From an uncultured Terracidiphilus sp. (lineage in GTDB: Bacteria; Acidobacteriota; Terriglobia; Terriglobales; Acidobacteriaceae): DNA of 64,000 nt. The stretch covers positions 22,897 through 86,896 of the forward strand of contig CAZGHZ010000002.1 in assembly GCA_964525655.1 (NCBI GenBank). The letters run 5' to 3'. The notes under the pieces are model-generated. The model was not told the DNA's origin and made no database searches. It saw only the letters and a program-made list of their open reading frames with translations. This document shows positions 1 through 10,719 of this stretch, piece by piece. The position numbers and the translations under genes are program-made. How positions within the stretch are numbered: the first letter of the stretch is position 1; the number at the start of each line of letters is the position of its first letter.

Positions 1-91
1 GCTTGCCGGGAGCATCCGCCGTTTCATCTCGCGGCGCAGCGTGCCCATCCAAGGGGTGTCGTTGAATTAGAAACGGTATTCCCGCCAGCCG

Positions 92-1327
92 TCAGGGCAG
101 TCTGAAGGCTTTCACGGCGATCGCATTCGGAGCGCGGCCGGCGGAGAGAAACTCAAACAGCGAGCGCGAGGCGGTGCGCACCACTGCGATGTCGTCCGAA
201 CTGGAGTCCACAACGAAGAGCAGGAGTCCGGAGCTTGAAGACGCCAGTGCGACAGGACCGTCGCCGACCCGCACCGAGCCCGCCCGCTTTCCGTCGTTGA
301 TTGCGTAGACGGTAACGTACTGGGAGTGGGAGTTGGCCACATAAAGCAGCGCATTGTCGGCCGAGACGAGACCGCGGACCGGATAGTCTCCAATCATGTA
401 CGCGCCGCCGACATCGTCTGTGCTGGTCACCACCTCGGAGATCGAGTTCGACAGCGAATTCAGAACGAAGAGCTCGCCGCCGTCAGGCTTCAGCGCCAGC
501 TGCATCGGCGCCTGGCCTACATCAAGCAAGGCCTCAAGGCGGTCGGGCCGGGCGGTGACGGCCTCAGCATGACTGGCTTGGCTTGCGTTCGTTTCGCCTC
601 GCGCCAGTGCGATGGCCATGATCTGATGGCCTCCCGAGCAGGCCACAAAAGCCTTGGAAGAATCGGGAAGGATGACGGCGTTGCTCGCGCCGGGGCAACC
701 CTCGAAGACTTGGCGCACTCGGCGGGCGGCGGGGTCAATGAGGCTGACAGAGTTAGCCCCCCGATTGGCCACCACCAGCGTCTTGCTGTCCGGGGAGATG
801 CGGGCGGTTACCGGCTCCTCGCCCGCTCCGATGGCCGCGATCTCGCGCCGCGTCTTCAGGTCCACCACCGAAATCGCGTTCGAGCCGGAGTCGGCTACGT
901 ATGCCCGTTCGCCCGCGGGATCGATATCGATCGAGACGGGCCTTCGATGGACTGAGATCATCGTCACTACGGCGTTCGTTTCCGCGTCGATTACTGAAAC
1001 CGAGCCGTCTTTACCTGCCGCTCCCTTGTTGACCACGTAGACTTCGTTGCGGGTTGGGTTGACAGCGACGGCGACGGGATTCTCTCCTACCGCGATCTCC
1101 CGCTCCAGGCGCACATCCACAACATCGACCACCGTGACGGTGTTGCTGCCGCCGTTGGTCACGTAAGCGTATTCGCGATAGTTGGGCGGGTACTGCGGAA
1201 AGTCGTGGGAGCGGCAGCCGTTGAGAGCCATGGCCAGCAGCGTGAAGCCTACCAGGCGAGCGATCGGGTCGTGCGACGAGTTCATGCGCTGAATCCAGTG
1301 TTCATAGCGGTTTGATCTCGACCTCAC
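92..1327 (-). CDS. YVTN-family beta-propeller repeat lipoprotein (YncE-like)
   Basis: 411-aa ORF with repeated ~40-aa units ([59 protein letters not shown]). N-terminal hydrophobic stretch ends in LNGC (lipobox-like). The GTG start at 1327 overlaps the aroF stop as GTGA; an alternative ATG lies at 1285. Confidence 0.7.
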   Translation of the reverse strand: MRSRSNRYEHWIQRMNSSHDPIARLVGFTLLAMALNGCRSHDFPQYPPNYREYAYVTNGGSNTVTVVDVVDVRLEREIAVGENPVAVAVNPTRNEVYVVNKGAAGKDGSVSVIDAETNAVVTMISVHRRPVSIDIDPAGERAYVADSGSNAISVVDLKTRREIAAIGAGEEPVTARISPDSKTLVVANRGANSVSLIDPAARRVRQVFEGCPGASNAVILPDSSKAFVACSGGHQIMAIALARGETNASQASHAEAVTARPDRLEALLDVGQAPMQLALKPDGGELFVLNSLSNSISEVVTSTDDVGGAYMIGDYPVRGLVSADNALLYVANSHSQYVTVYAINDGKRAGSVRVGDGPVALASSSSGLLLFVVDSSSDDIAVVRTASRSLFEFLSAGRAPNAIAVKAFRLP

Positions 1328-2376
1328 GCTCTGGCTATCCCGACGTGGATGCCCCTGGGCAACGAGCGGCCTACCACCGGGGCGATCTGTTCGAGCTCGT
1401 CCATCATGGCGGCGAACTGAGCCGGATAAATGGATTGAGGGCCGTCGGATAGAGCCTTTTCCGGGTGGTCGTGGACCTCGACCAGGATTCCATCTCCGCC
1501 CGAGGCGACCGCTGCGCGGGCCATCGGCAGCACGCTGTCCCGCTTGCCGGTGGCGTGGCTGGGGTCGACCAGGATCGGCAGGTGACTGAGGCGCTGGATG
1601 GCCGGGATAATGCTTAGATCAAGTGTGTTGCGGGCGTGGTCCGCAAAGGTGCGCACGCCGCGTTCGCACAAAATAACCTCATAATTGCCCTCACTCATCA
1701 CGTACTCGGCGGCCATCAAAAACTCTTCCAGTGTGGCCGACAAGCCTCGCTTGATCAGCACCGGCTTGCGCAGTTTTCCGGCGCGCTTGAGCAAGGAGAA
1801 GTTCTGCATGTTGCGCGCGCCGATCTGCACCACGTCGGCCCATTCGGCCACCAGGTCGAGGCTCTCGTTGTCGATGGCCTCGGTGACGATGCGCAGCCCG
1901 AAACGCTCGCGGATCTCGGCCATGATGCGCAGCGCCTCAAGGCCGAGGCCTTGAAATGCGTAAGGCGATGTGCGCGGCTTGTAGGCTCCGCCGCGGAAGA
2001 ACTGCGCTCCCGAGGCGGCCACTTGTTCGGCGATGGAAAAGGCCTGCTCCTTGCTTTCGATGGAACAGGGCCCGGCGACGATCGCCAATGCGTCTCCGCC
2101 GATTGCCGCGTCGGTTCCCGCGAAGCGGACGACGGTGTCCTCTTCCTTTACATCGCGGCTGGCAAGCTTATAAGCCTTAGAGACGCGGATGACTTCCGCC
2201 ACGCCAGGCAGCTCTTCCAGATTGCCGCGGTCCACCTCGCCCTGGTTGCCGGTGATGCCGATGGCGGTGCGCTGGGCTCCGGGGAGCGGGTGGGGCCGGA
2301 AACCCAACTGCTCGATATGTTCGCAAACTGCACGAATCTCTTCCGGCGTTGCCTGCGCCTTCATGACGACTAACAT
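1324..2376 (-). CDS. aroF: 3-deoxy-7-phosphoheptulonate (DAHP) synthase, type I-beta with N-terminal regulatory domain
   Basis: Strong family-level match: [53 protein letters not shown]. The start was trimmed from the track ORF (TTG at 2586) to the ATG at 2376 ([14 protein letters not shown]), which has a GAGGGG-like RBS upstream. The 70-aa extension looks non-coding. Confidence 0.9.
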   Translation of the reverse strand: MLVVMKAQATPEEIRAVCEHIEQLGFRPHPLPGAQRTAIGITGNQGEVDRGNLEELPGVAEVIRVSKAYKLASRDVKEEDTVVRFAGTDAAIGGDALAIVAGPCSIESKEQAFSIAEQVAASGAQFFRGGAYKPRTSPYAFQGLGLEALRIMAEIRERFGLRIVTEAIDNESLDLVAEWADVVQIGARNMQNFSLLKRAGKLRKPVLIKRGLSATLEEFLMAAEYVMSEGNYEVILCERGVRTFADHARNTLDLSIIPAIQRLSHLPILVDPSHATGKRDSVLPMARAAVASGGDGILVEVHDHPEKALSDGPQSIYPAQFAAMMDELEQIAPVVGRSLPRGIHVGIARA

Positions 2377-2573
2377 GGTGGCCCCTCGATCCCTCAGTCT
2401 ATCGTCTGGAACCGCGAAGGGCAATTGCCGGGTGGCGGAGATTCCGGCCGTGTGGCTTGGGTGGCCGCGGAACTTTTTCCCGATTGCCGGGTTCTCACCC
2501 ATGACAGCTTCCGCGATTCTCCGTCTAAGCAGGGTGAAGCGGGGGCAGGACTTAAGGCGTAGGAGAGTGAAAA

Positions 2574-3881
2574 ATGGAACGGCCAATATTCAAGAAACTT
2601 GTTCTTCAGGCCCTTGCGTGGGCCGGACTGGTTGCCTTTTGCGGCGTGATTGCGCTGGCCCAAGATACGTCTTCGGCCGCGTCCCCAGCCGCGGCTTCCG
2701 CGCAGGCCGCGGATTCGCGCTCGGACGGCCAGATCGAGATGGATGTAGTGCATGCCCTGGATGCCTCCAAGGCGCTGAAAAACGACCTGATCACCGCAGC
2801 CACGATTCAGAGCGAGGTTACCCTCTCCGGCACCGTATCGAGCGAGGCCTCCAGCGAACTGGCGGAGTCGATTGCCGCCCATGTGGCCGGCGTAACCAAG
2901 GTTAACAACAACCTGAAGGTGGGTAATCCCCAAGCCGCGGCCAGCGCCGCCGAACCACCGGCGGCTGGCAGCGAACCCGAGGACTCGATGGCGCCCATTC
3001 CACCTGCTGCGGATGGACCGCAGGCAGCTCCGGGACAGTCCCCATATCCGGGATCAGCTCAGGGCCAACCCCAGAACCAGCCTCAGAGCCAGTCCCAGGC
3101 CCAGCTTGCTCCGCCCGACCGGCCGCAATATGTGCCGGCCAATCCTCGCATCACGCGGACACGGCCCTCCCCGCCGGCTTATGAAGAGCCTAAGGGCCCG
3201 GTGACCATCGCTCAGGGAACGCTGCTCCAATTGCGGACGGACGAGCCGATCGGGAGTAAACGCGCAAAAGACGGAACTCCGGTTGAGTTCACGGTGATCC
3301 ACGATGTGGCCGCTGATGGCGTGCTGGCGATTCCTCGAGGCGCAACGGTTCACGGAGTGGTCTCCGAAGTCAAGAAGGCCGGCGAATTCGCCGGAAAGCC
3401 CGAGTTGGCGCTCACGCTGACATCGCTTGATCTCGGCGGCCAGAGCTATCCGCTCCAGACCGACCAGTTCAAGGTGATGGGGCCCGGCAAGGGCGCGCAG
3501 ACAGCCAACAATGTAGTCGGCGGCGCCTTGCTTGGCACGATGATCGGCTGCATCGCTGGTCGAGGAGTTGGATGCGCCATTGGCGCCGGTGCGGGGGCGG
3601 CCGCGGGAACTGCGGCTTCAGCGGCCACTCCGGGGCCGGGTGTCTGGATTCCCGCTGAGGCGCGCGTAGACTTCCACCTGGCCGCCCCGGTGACGGTCAG
3701 TCCGGTCAGCCGGCAAGAGGCGGCCCGGCTGGCGCAGGGACTTTACCAAGGCGGTCCCAGCCTATACCGGCGTCCCGCTTACCCCTATGCGCGGCCTTAT
3801 GTGGTCGGATATCCCTACGGCTATCCGCCGGTTTATTACCGGCCGTACTACATGGTTGGCGGCTACTACTACTGGCGGTAA
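2574..3881 (+). CDS. Secreted BON-domain protein with Gly-zipper region and Tyr/Pro-rich C-terminal tail
   Basis: Signal-peptide-like N-terminus ([21 protein letters not shown]). BON-like segment ([59 protein letters not shown]). P/Q-rich linker, Gly-rich hydrophobic stretch ([30 protein letters not shown]) and a Y/P-rich end. Confidence 0.7.
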   Translation: MERPIFKKLVLQALAWAGLVAFCGVIALAQDTSSAASPAAASAQAADSRSDGQIEMDVVHALDASKALKNDLITAATIQSEVTLSGTVSSEASSELAESIAAHVAGVTKVNNNLKVGNPQAAASAAEPPAAGSEPEDSMAPIPPAADGPQAAPGQSPYPGSAQGQPQNQPQSQSQAQLAPPDRPQYVPANPRITRTRPSPPAYEEPKGPVTIAQGTLLQLRTDEPIGSKRAKDGTPVEFTVIHDVAADGVLAIPRGATVHGVVSEVKKAGEFAGKPELALTLTSLDLGGQSYPLQTDQFKVMGPGKGAQTANNVVGGALLGTMIGCIAGRGVGCAIGAGAGAAAGTAASAATPGPGVWIPAEARVDFHLAAPVTVSPVSRQEAARLAQGLYQGGPSLYRRPAYPYARPYVVGYPYGYPPVYYRPYYMVGGYYYWR

Positions 3882-3903
3882 GAGCAGCTAAACGACAGAG
3901 AGG

Positions 3904-3946
3904 CAGCGGGCATCCCTGAAGCCGGGATGCCCGCTGTTGATTTGTG
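3904..3946 (+). terminator. Rho-independent terminator downstream of the BON-protein gene
   Basis: Perfect 13-bp stem cagcgggcatccc (3904-3916) / gggatgcccgctg (3924-3936), 7-nt loop, followed by the T-rich tail ttgatttgtg. Confidence 0.6.
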
Positions 3947-4113
3947 ATCGTACTTGCCTTCCATCCGCTCGGCTATAATTGCAGTGAATCGCGCCAAGCC
4001 ACAATTGCGCGACAATTGCGCATTCAGCAGAATCTCTGCCCTTGAGCCTCCGGGCTGCGGAAGGGCGGCTCCAGCAGGTCTGCGCGTAGAGAGTTGAAGG
4101 TCCGAGTCCACCC

Positions 4114-6078
4114 ATGATCCGTTTCCTGCAAAGAGACAATCGCGTAACCAAGGCATTTTTCATTGTCGTCATCGCCGCCGCTTCGGTGGGCATGGTGGTG
4201 TACCTGATTCCCGGCCTGACCGGCATGGGAGCCTCAACCACCGATACCTATGCCGTGATCTACCCCCACTGGTACAGCCGCATCCTCTCATCCGGCATGA
4301 CGGTGAGCCAGCAGCGAGTGAGCCAGGCTGCCCGTCAGCAGATACAGCGCAGCCGGTACCCTGACAACCCGATGATCGAGCGCATCATCGAGCAGCAGGT
4401 TGGCCAGCAACTGGTCCAACAGCAGATCCTGCTCTCTGAAGCTGAGAAGCTGGGCATTCATGCTACCGACGCAGATGTGGTCCAATTCCTGCACCAGGGC
4501 CAGTTTGGCGAATACATCTTTCCCAAAGGTGTGCAGATCAGCGACGAGCAATATACCGCCTTCGTCACCGGGCAGTTCAACATGTCGGTCCCGCAGTTTG
4601 AGCAGGAGGTAAAGGAGAGCATTGTCATCCGCCGGCTGGAATCGCTGATTACCGCCGGGGTTTCGGTGAGCGACCAGGAGATCCGTGACAGTTATCGCAA
4701 GCAAAACATCAAGATCAAGTTTGACTATGCGGTGATCTCCTCCGACGATCTGCGCAAGCAGATCAATCCCTCGGACAGCGACCTCCAGGATTTCTTCAAG
4801 AAGAACGCCGTGCGCTATGCCACGGCGGTGCCAGAGCAGCGCCGGATCACTTACTTTGCCTTCGGCGCGGATCAACTGCCGGGCGGGGTTCCGCTGCCCA
4901 GCCAACAGGAGATCCAGCAGTACTTCACCGCGCACCAGTCTGAGTATTCGGTGCCGGAGCAGGCGCGTGCGCGCCACATCCTCATCAAGGTGGCGCCGGG
5001 AGCTGACGCCAAAACTGACGCCGCCGCCAAGGCCAAGGCCGAGGGGCTGCTCAAGCAGATTCAAGGCGGTGCAAACTTTGCCGATCTGGCTAAGCAGAAC
5101 TCCGACGATCCCGGCAGCAAGGACAAGGGCGGCGAGCTGGGCTTTGCCCGTCGAGGCATGATGGTGCCTGAGTTCGACAGCGCGATCTTTACCCAGAAAA
5201 TCGGCGATACGAAGATCGTGAAGACCCAGTTTGGCTATCACATCGTGCAGGTCGAGGAGCGGCAGACGGCGCACTCCCAGGCGCTCAACGAAGTTCTCCC
5301 CACAATCCAGGCGACACTGATTCGCCAGAAGTCAGCCAAAGCCCAGCAAGACTACGCGCAGGCGCTCACCTCCGAGGCCATCAAGAATGGGTTGGAAAAG
5401 ACCGCCGCCGCCCACCATCTTGAAGTGGCCACCACGCCGCTGCTCGGCGTGCGGGATGTGATTGCCGCGCTGCCCGATTCCTCCCAGATCGTGGGGAAGG
5501 CTTTCCAATCCAAGCAAGGCGATCCGCCGCAGTCTGCGACTACCGGCGAGGGTTACGCCATCTTCCAGGTCAAGGAAATCACCCCGGCGCACGCGCCCGA
5601 TTTTACGAGCTGGAAGAGCCACGTGGCCGACGACTACCGCGACCAGGTGCTGCCTACGATGCTGAACTTGAAGACTCAGCAACTGGCGAACAGGGCCAAG
5701 GCCTCAAACGATCTGGCCATGGCCGCCAAGGAAGTTGGCGCGACTGTCAAGACCAGCGATCTGGTAGGCGAGTCTGAACAGGTGCCTGAATTCGGCCAGG
5801 TCGGCCAGGTGGCCCCGCAGCTCTTTGACCTCGCCGTAGGCAATATCAGCGGGCCCATCAACGCCGGGAGAACAGGAGTTGTGGCGAAGATTCTCAACAA
5901 ACAGGAGCCTACTGCCGAAGAGATCTCCAAGAATCTCGATCAAGCCAAGGACCAGATGCTCGATCAGCGCCGCGGGGAGGCTTTCAACGTATTCCTGAGC
6001 GCGATCATGGCTGACTACAAGAAGCACAATCGCATCCAGGTTTTCAAGCAGAAGGTCGAGGGGCTTCCCAACTCGTAA
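4114..6078 (+). CDS. ppiD: Periplasmic chaperone / peptidyl-prolyl isomerase, PpiD-like (SurA-N plus parvulin domain)
   Basis: N-terminal membrane anchor (AFFIVVIAAASVGMVVYLI). Parvulin signature region (ARHILIKV...GGELGFARRGMMVPEFDSAIF...GYHIVQV). The 654-aa length is typical of PpiD. Confidence 0.75.
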   Translation: MIRFLQRDNRVTKAFFIVVIAAASVGMVVYLIPGLTGMGASTTDTYAVIYPHWYSRILSSGMTVSQQRVSQAARQQIQRSRYPDNPMIERIIEQQVGQQLVQQQILLSEAEKLGIHATDADVVQFLHQGQFGEYIFPKGVQISDEQYTAFVTGQFNMSVPQFEQEVKESIVIRRLESLITAGVSVSDQEIRDSYRKQNIKIKFDYAVISSDDLRKQINPSDSDLQDFFKKNAVRYATAVPEQRRITYFAFGADQLPGGVPLPSQQEIQQYFTAHQSEYSVPEQARARHILIKVAPGADAKTDAAAKAKAEGLLKQIQGGANFADLAKQNSDDPGSKDKGGELGFARRGMMVPEFDSAIFTQKIGDTKIVKTQFGYHIVQVEERQTAHSQALNEVLPTIQATLIRQKSAKAQQDYAQALTSEAIKNGLEKTAAAHHLEVATTPLLGVRDVIAALPDSSQIVGKAFQSKQGDPPQSATTGEGYAIFQVKEITPAHAPDFTSWKSHVADDYRDQVLPTMLNLKTQQLANRAKASNDLAMAAKEVGATVKTSDLVGESEQVPEFGQVGQVAPQLFDLAVGNISGPINAGRTGVVAKILNKQEPTAEEISKNLDQAKDQMLDQRRGEAFNVFLSAIMADYKKHNRIQVFKQKVEGLPNS

Positions 6079-6098
6079 TCAATAATCCATCCGCCAAC

Positions 6099-6141
6099 GA
6101 AGAGGCCCGCAGCAGAAAAGCTGCGGGCCTCTTCGCTTTTT
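6099..6141 (+). terminator. Rho-independent terminator between convergent ppiD-like and GH2 genes
   Basis: Perfect 15-bp stem gaagaggcccgcagc (6099-6113) / gctgcgggcctcttc (6120-6134), loop agaaaa, then gcttttt. It sits between the stops at 6078 (+) and 6157 (-). Confidence 0.8.
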
Positions 6142-6156
6142 AACGGCTGAGAAACT

Positions 6157-8868
6157 TCAGCGCAGATCTTTGGTCTCGAAGGGTAGCCCGGTGAAGGTCG
6201 AGTGCTCGGGTTGAGCGTCGAGATTGGGCTCAATGTCCACATCGTGCAGATCGGCTGGCACCACCGTGACATTCCACCCATCCACCGTGATCAGGGGATC
6301 GTCGCCCTTGAAGGCGGCCAGATCGGATTCGATGGTGATGGTTTTGAATTCGTTCGCCACCAGCGAGAAGTAGTTTTCGCTGTAATAGGCCGGCAGCACG
6401 CGGTCGCCGGAGTGCTGCCGGCGCAGTTGCAGATGAGCCATCAGCGCGATATTTGCTGTTGGATTGTGCACGGTAAGCGTCAACTGGCGCTTGCCATTCG
6501 CGTCCGCGCGCGCGACCTGGAACTCGATGGGAACGGGGGGCATCTTGTCGAGATCGGTGAAAACGTCCGGGTAGCCAGGCTCGCCCCGCCAGTAGAAGTT
6601 CGTCGAAATGACCTTGCCCTGTGCATCGTCGAGTTCAAGCCTCAGGAAGTGCGTCGAGGTGAGCAGTTCCGGAAACTTCACAGTTCCAAGGCTGACGGCG
6701 GAACTGGGCTCGGCCGCCACTTTCGTGTCGTACTGAGTAGCCAGCGATCCATCGAGCAGATAAACCGAGACGTGCGCCACAGCATCGATTAGCGGCTGCG
6801 GCAGGTTATTGATCACCTCCAGGTCGCCGTCGGCTTCGTTGAACTGGATGTGCACCGGCTCACCCGCGCACTTGACCGCAAAGAGCGATGAGTTCGGTTC
6901 CAGGTCGTAGTGGTAGAGTTGCCAGACAAAGCTGGGCTGTGCCGGGTTGCTCATCCACGTGATGACGGCCGTTGCCGGGTGGAACATCTTGGCATTGCGC
7001 CCCTCGTACATCGCGCGGTAGCTCTCGTAGTTCATCATCTGAGCCTTGCGCACGAAGTCGGCAAGGTTGGCTACCTTGCCATAGCGCGCTGCCAGCACGC
7101 CTGGGTAGCTGTCACCGCGCTGCGCTCCCTTGGCCATATCGTGCTGGGCCCAGTCGTCGTCGATCGTCTCCCAATCCTTCCTGGGCATCATGCCGTGAAT
7201 CGATTCAATCGTCGGCACTGAGACGGTACCTGTCTCGGTCTTGAAATAGTCGTCGGCGATGGCGTAAAACTCGCGCGGAGCCCGCCAGTAATAGGGACCG
7301 CCGGAACGGACTCCTGCGCCGTCGGTCGAACTGGGCTGGTAGCGTCGCGTCGGTTCTAGCTCGGCCAGCAGTTTGCGCAGCTCCACGTCGATCTCCGGAG
7401 GCGGGAAGCCCTCGTTGCGCGCGCACCACAAGGCGATCGAAGGATGGTTGCGGAAGCGCAGTATCTTTTCGCGCACGTTCGCAATATAAGTGGCGATGTC
7501 GGTGGGGTCGGGCCCGTCGCTCGGATTGGGCTGGAAGAACTCGTCCCACACCAGGATGCCGTACTTGTCGCAGAGCTCGTAGAAGTCCTCGCTGGTGCTC
7601 TGTCCCACCCAGTTGCGAATCAGGTTCAGATTGGCCAGTTGGTGCATGCGAATCTGCGCCTCGAGCCGCTCGCGCGGAATGCGCTTCATCGCTTCGTCGA
7701 GTCCCCAATTGCCGCCGCGGATAAAGATCGGCACGCCATTCACAGAGATCGTCAGCGTGTCGGCGCCTGGAACGCTATAGCTGATCTTCCTGACGCCAAA
7801 GCTGACATCCTGGGCATCCGACTCCTGTTTCTCCACCTTGAAGCTCAAATGCAGTTTGTAGAGATTCTGCGCGCCATAGCCGTTGGGCCACCACAGCCTC
7901 GGATGCTCGATGTGCAGCGCCGGCGTGTCTTTCGCATCGAAGCCGACCATCTGCTTGCTGTGCGCCTCAAGCTGAACCTGCTTTTCAAACGCGATTTCTT
8001 CGATGCTTCCCGAGAGCACACCCGTCACCGGCTTATCGCTGACATTTTCGACCGTCGCCTTAATTGCCACATCCGTCGAGTCGGTGCTCGGCAAAGGAAG
8101 ATCGGTCGTCACCAGCGGATCCTTCACCACCACCGGCCCGGTGGCGGAGAGAAAGACCCTCTGCCAGATGCCGGTGTCACGGTCACGAATCGCCGGAATC
8201 CAATCCCAGCCGATCGTCGAGAGAAAGGTTGGCCCGTCGATCGCTGTAATGCCGCCGTTCTTTCCCGTGCCTACGCGCATCGTGTGTTCATGCGGATCGC
8301 CGGGGTTTGGCTCGGGCGTCACCAGTACAGCCACCGCGGCCTTGCTGCCCGGCTTCACGTTGGACGTGATATCGAAGATGCCGCGGACGAAGGCCCCGCG
8401 CATTGTGCCCACCTGCGCGCCATTCACCCAAACAGTTGCCGAGTAGTTGATGCCGTCGAAGTTCAGCCAGATGTGCTTCCCGTCATAGTTCTTGGGAATC
8501 TCGATTGCCGCGCGATACCAATAGGAGGTTCGCGCCAGGCTTTCCGGAATCACCTCCGGCCGGTCATTCTCACCGTAGAGCGGTTCGGGATAGACGTGAT
8601 TGTTCACCAGCGTCGTCAGCACAGTACCCGGAACCGTAGCCGGATACCACCCTGCCATCGAGAAGCCCAAAGTCGAAACTTCCGCACCGGTATGCGGTAC
8701 CTTGGCCACGTCCTGCAACATCCAGCCGGCGTTGAGCGCAACCGGCTCGGCGGGCTCCGGCTTCTTCGGGATGAGAGCAGCAAAGCGTGCGGGAAGCGGC
8801 CATGCCAACGGCGCAAAGGCCAACAATGCCAAAAATGAAACGAAGAATCGGCCAACTCGATTCTGCAA
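6157..8868 (-). CDS. Glycoside hydrolase family 2 (exo-beta-D-glucosaminidase / beta-mannosidase-like), secreted
   Basis: 903-aa ORF with a signal peptide (FFVSFLALLAFAPLAWP). GH2-type sugar-binding and TIM-barrel motifs (IWLNFDGINYSATVWVNG, RGGNWG, NLIRNW, NHPSIALWCARNEG). TTG start with GGAG about 9 nt upstream. Confidence 0.75.
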   Translation of the reverse strand: MQNRVGRFFVSFLALLAFAPLAWPLPARFAALIPKKPEPAEPVALNAGWMLQDVAKVPHTGAEVSTLGFSMAGWYPATVPGTVLTTLVNNHVYPEPLYGENDRPEVIPESLARTSYWYRAAIEIPKNYDGKHIWLNFDGINYSATVWVNGAQVGTMRGAFVRGIFDITSNVKPGSKAAVAVLVTPEPNPGDPHEHTMRVGTGKNGGITAIDGPTFLSTIGWDWIPAIRDRDTGIWQRVFLSATGPVVVKDPLVTTDLPLPSTDSTDVAIKATVENVSDKPVTGVLSGSIEEIAFEKQVQLEAHSKQMVGFDAKDTPALHIEHPRLWWPNGYGAQNLYKLHLSFKVEKQESDAQDVSFGVRKISYSVPGADTLTISVNGVPIFIRGGNWGLDEAMKRIPRERLEAQIRMHQLANLNLIRNWVGQSTSEDFYELCDKYGILVWDEFFQPNPSDGPDPTDIATYIANVREKILRFRNHPSIALWCARNEGFPPPEIDVELRKLLAELEPTRRYQPSSTDGAGVRSGGPYYWRAPREFYAIADDYFKTETGTVSVPTIESIHGMMPRKDWETIDDDWAQHDMAKGAQRGDSYPGVLAARYGKVANLADFVRKAQMMNYESYRAMYEGRNAKMFHPATAVITWMSNPAQPSFVWQLYHYDLEPNSSLFAVKCAGEPVHIQFNEADGDLEVINNLPQPLIDAVAHVSVYLLDGSLATQYDTKVAAEPSSAVSLGTVKFPELLTSTHFLRLELDDAQGKVISTNFYWRGEPGYPDVFTDLDKMPPVPIEFQVARADANGKRQLTLTVHNPTANIALMAHLQLRRQHSGDRVLPAYYSENYFSLVANEFKTITIESDLAAFKGDDPLITVDGWNVTVVPADLHDVDIEPNLDAQPEHSTFTGLPFETKDLR

Positions 8869-8987
8869 GGGATTAGCTCCTCGGGGAATTCCTGAAACTT
8901 CGGCGGCTTCCGCTGCCAGACAGACGGATTATAGCCGTCGAGCCGGGACCGGATGATCGGCTGCCCCATCCCGGCGATAATCAGGAT

Positions 8988-10541
8988 ATGCAATTCCAAC
9001 GTTCCTCGGGAGTTCTCCTCCACATCAGCTCGCTGCCCTCCAACGGAGGCATCGGCGACCTCGGCCCCGCAGCCCATGACTTTGTCGCCTTTCTCGCCGC
9101 CGCCAAGCAGCATATCTGGCAGGTGCTGCCGCTCTGCCCCACCGGTTACGGCAACTCGCCCTATGCCGGCACCTCGGCATTCGCGGGGAATCCCTTCCTC
9201 ATCAGCCTGGAAATTCTCGCGGAATGGGGATGGATCGCCCCTGAGCGTATAGCCGGCCAAGGCGGGAGCGGAGGGGCCGTCAACTTCGAAGAGATCGAGG
9301 GTCGCAAGGTCAGGCTGCTCGACGAGGCAGCGGGCAACTTTCTCGACCGCGGACCCGCTGCCACAAGCACTGAGCCGCAACTCGCCGCGCAATGGGTCCA
9401 GTATCAGGAGTTTTGTCGCCAAGAGGCAGGCTGGCTTGCTGACTACGCCCTCTATGCCGAGTTGCGCCGCCAGTTCAACACAGGTGCATGGACCGCCTGG
9501 CCTGAGCCCCTTCGCCGCCGCGAGCCTGAGGCGCTGGCCCAAGCCGCTGCTACCCATGCCCGCCGTATCGCCGAGGAGCAGGTCCTGCAATTCGCATTCT
9601 CGCTTCAGTGGAACAAGCTGCGCGAGGCCGCCGCCGAGCACAGCACACGCATCATGGGCGACCTGCCGATCTTCGTCAACATGGATTCGGCCGACGTCTG
9701 GGTGCACCCCGAGCTCTTTGAACTCGACAAGGACCTCCAGCCCATCCGCATCGCCGGCGTGCCTCCCGACTACTTCTCATCCACCGGCCAGCGCTGGGGC
9801 AACCCGCTCTATCGCTGGGACCTCCTCGCCAGCCAGGGATTCGGGTGGTGGATCGACCGCATCCGCCGAGCCTGCCAGTTTTACGACATCGTCCGCCTCG
9901 ACCACTTCCGCGGCTTCGAGGCCTATTGGGCCATCCCCGCTGCTGAGAAGACGGCAGTCAAAGGTGAATGGGTCAAGGCGCCCGGTCTTGAACTCTTCCG
10001 CGCCTTGGAAACAGCGCTTGGGCCCCTGCCGCTGGTGGCTGAAGACCTGGGCCTCATCACCCGCGAGGTCATCGCTCTGCGTAGGGAACTCGACCTGCCG
10101 GGAATGAAGGTCCTTCAGTTCGGCTTCGGCGACAAGGGCGCGCACATCCACCTGCCCCACCGCTTCACTCCCGGCACCGTAGCCTACACCGGGACACATG
10201 ACAACGACACAACCCTCGGCTGGTGGCAGACCGCCTCCAGAGCCGAGCGCAATGCCGTCAAAGCCTATGTGGGTCCGGTAGACAACAGTCCCGTCTGGCC
10301 GCTGATTCGCGCCTTGGAGTCAAGCGTTGCCGAGGTCGCCGTCGTCCCCGCCCAGGATCTGCTCGAACTCGGTTCCGAGGCCCGCATGAACACGCCCGCC
10401 GTAGCCTCCGGCAACTGGAGCTGGCGTGCGCCCGAGTCAGTCTGGATCCCGGAGCTAGCCGCGAAGCTGGCCTCGATGGCCGAGGTCACCGACCGCGACA
10501 ACGACCCGCTCGGCGAACCAGCGGAAGACCCAGAAAGCTAG
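8988..10541 (+). CDS. malQ: 4-alpha-glucanotransferase (amylomaltase, GH77)
   Basis: Characteristic N-terminus RSSGVLLHISSLPSNGGIGDLG. Also PDYFSSTGQRWGNPLY, VRLDHFRGF, AEDLG and YTGTHDNDT motifs. Confidence 0.9.
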   Translation: MQFQRSSGVLLHISSLPSNGGIGDLGPAAHDFVAFLAAAKQHIWQVLPLCPTGYGNSPYAGTSAFAGNPFLISLEILAEWGWIAPERIAGQGGSGGAVNFEEIEGRKVRLLDEAAGNFLDRGPAATSTEPQLAAQWVQYQEFCRQEAGWLADYALYAELRRQFNTGAWTAWPEPLRRREPEALAQAAATHARRIAEEQVLQFAFSLQWNKLREAAAEHSTRIMGDLPIFVNMDSADVWVHPELFELDKDLQPIRIAGVPPDYFSSTGQRWGNPLYRWDLLASQGFGWWIDRIRRACQFYDIVRLDHFRGFEAYWAIPAAEKTAVKGEWVKAPGLELFRALETALGPLPLVAEDLGLITREVIALRRELDLPGMKVLQFGFGDKGAHIHLPHRFTPGTVAYTGTHDNDTTLGWWQTASRAERNAVKAYVGPVDNSPVWPLIRALESSVAEVAVVPAQDLLELGSEARMNTPAVASGNWSWRAPESVWIPELAAKLASMAEVTDRDNDPLGEPAEDPES

Positions 10542-10719
10542 TCCTTCGTCGACTTCTCCGTACCCCATCCTTTCCGCCTTTTTCCGCGGAAAGGAAGGAG
10601 ACCACGAGGCCAGAAATAATCTCTGGACACTATTATGTACATATGGGCATAATCGAAGCGTAAAGCTCGCCTTCAGACCGCTACACTGGATCGGCTCTTC
10701 TAAGAAAGACCTGTCGGCC

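Noticed and set aside
10569-10594. Hairpin cctttccgc/gcggaaagg after malQ as a terminator.
   Set aside because: It has only a 9-bp stem with an 8-nt loop and no following T-run, and it overlaps an AGGAAGGAG purine tract. The evidence is too weak to list as a feature.
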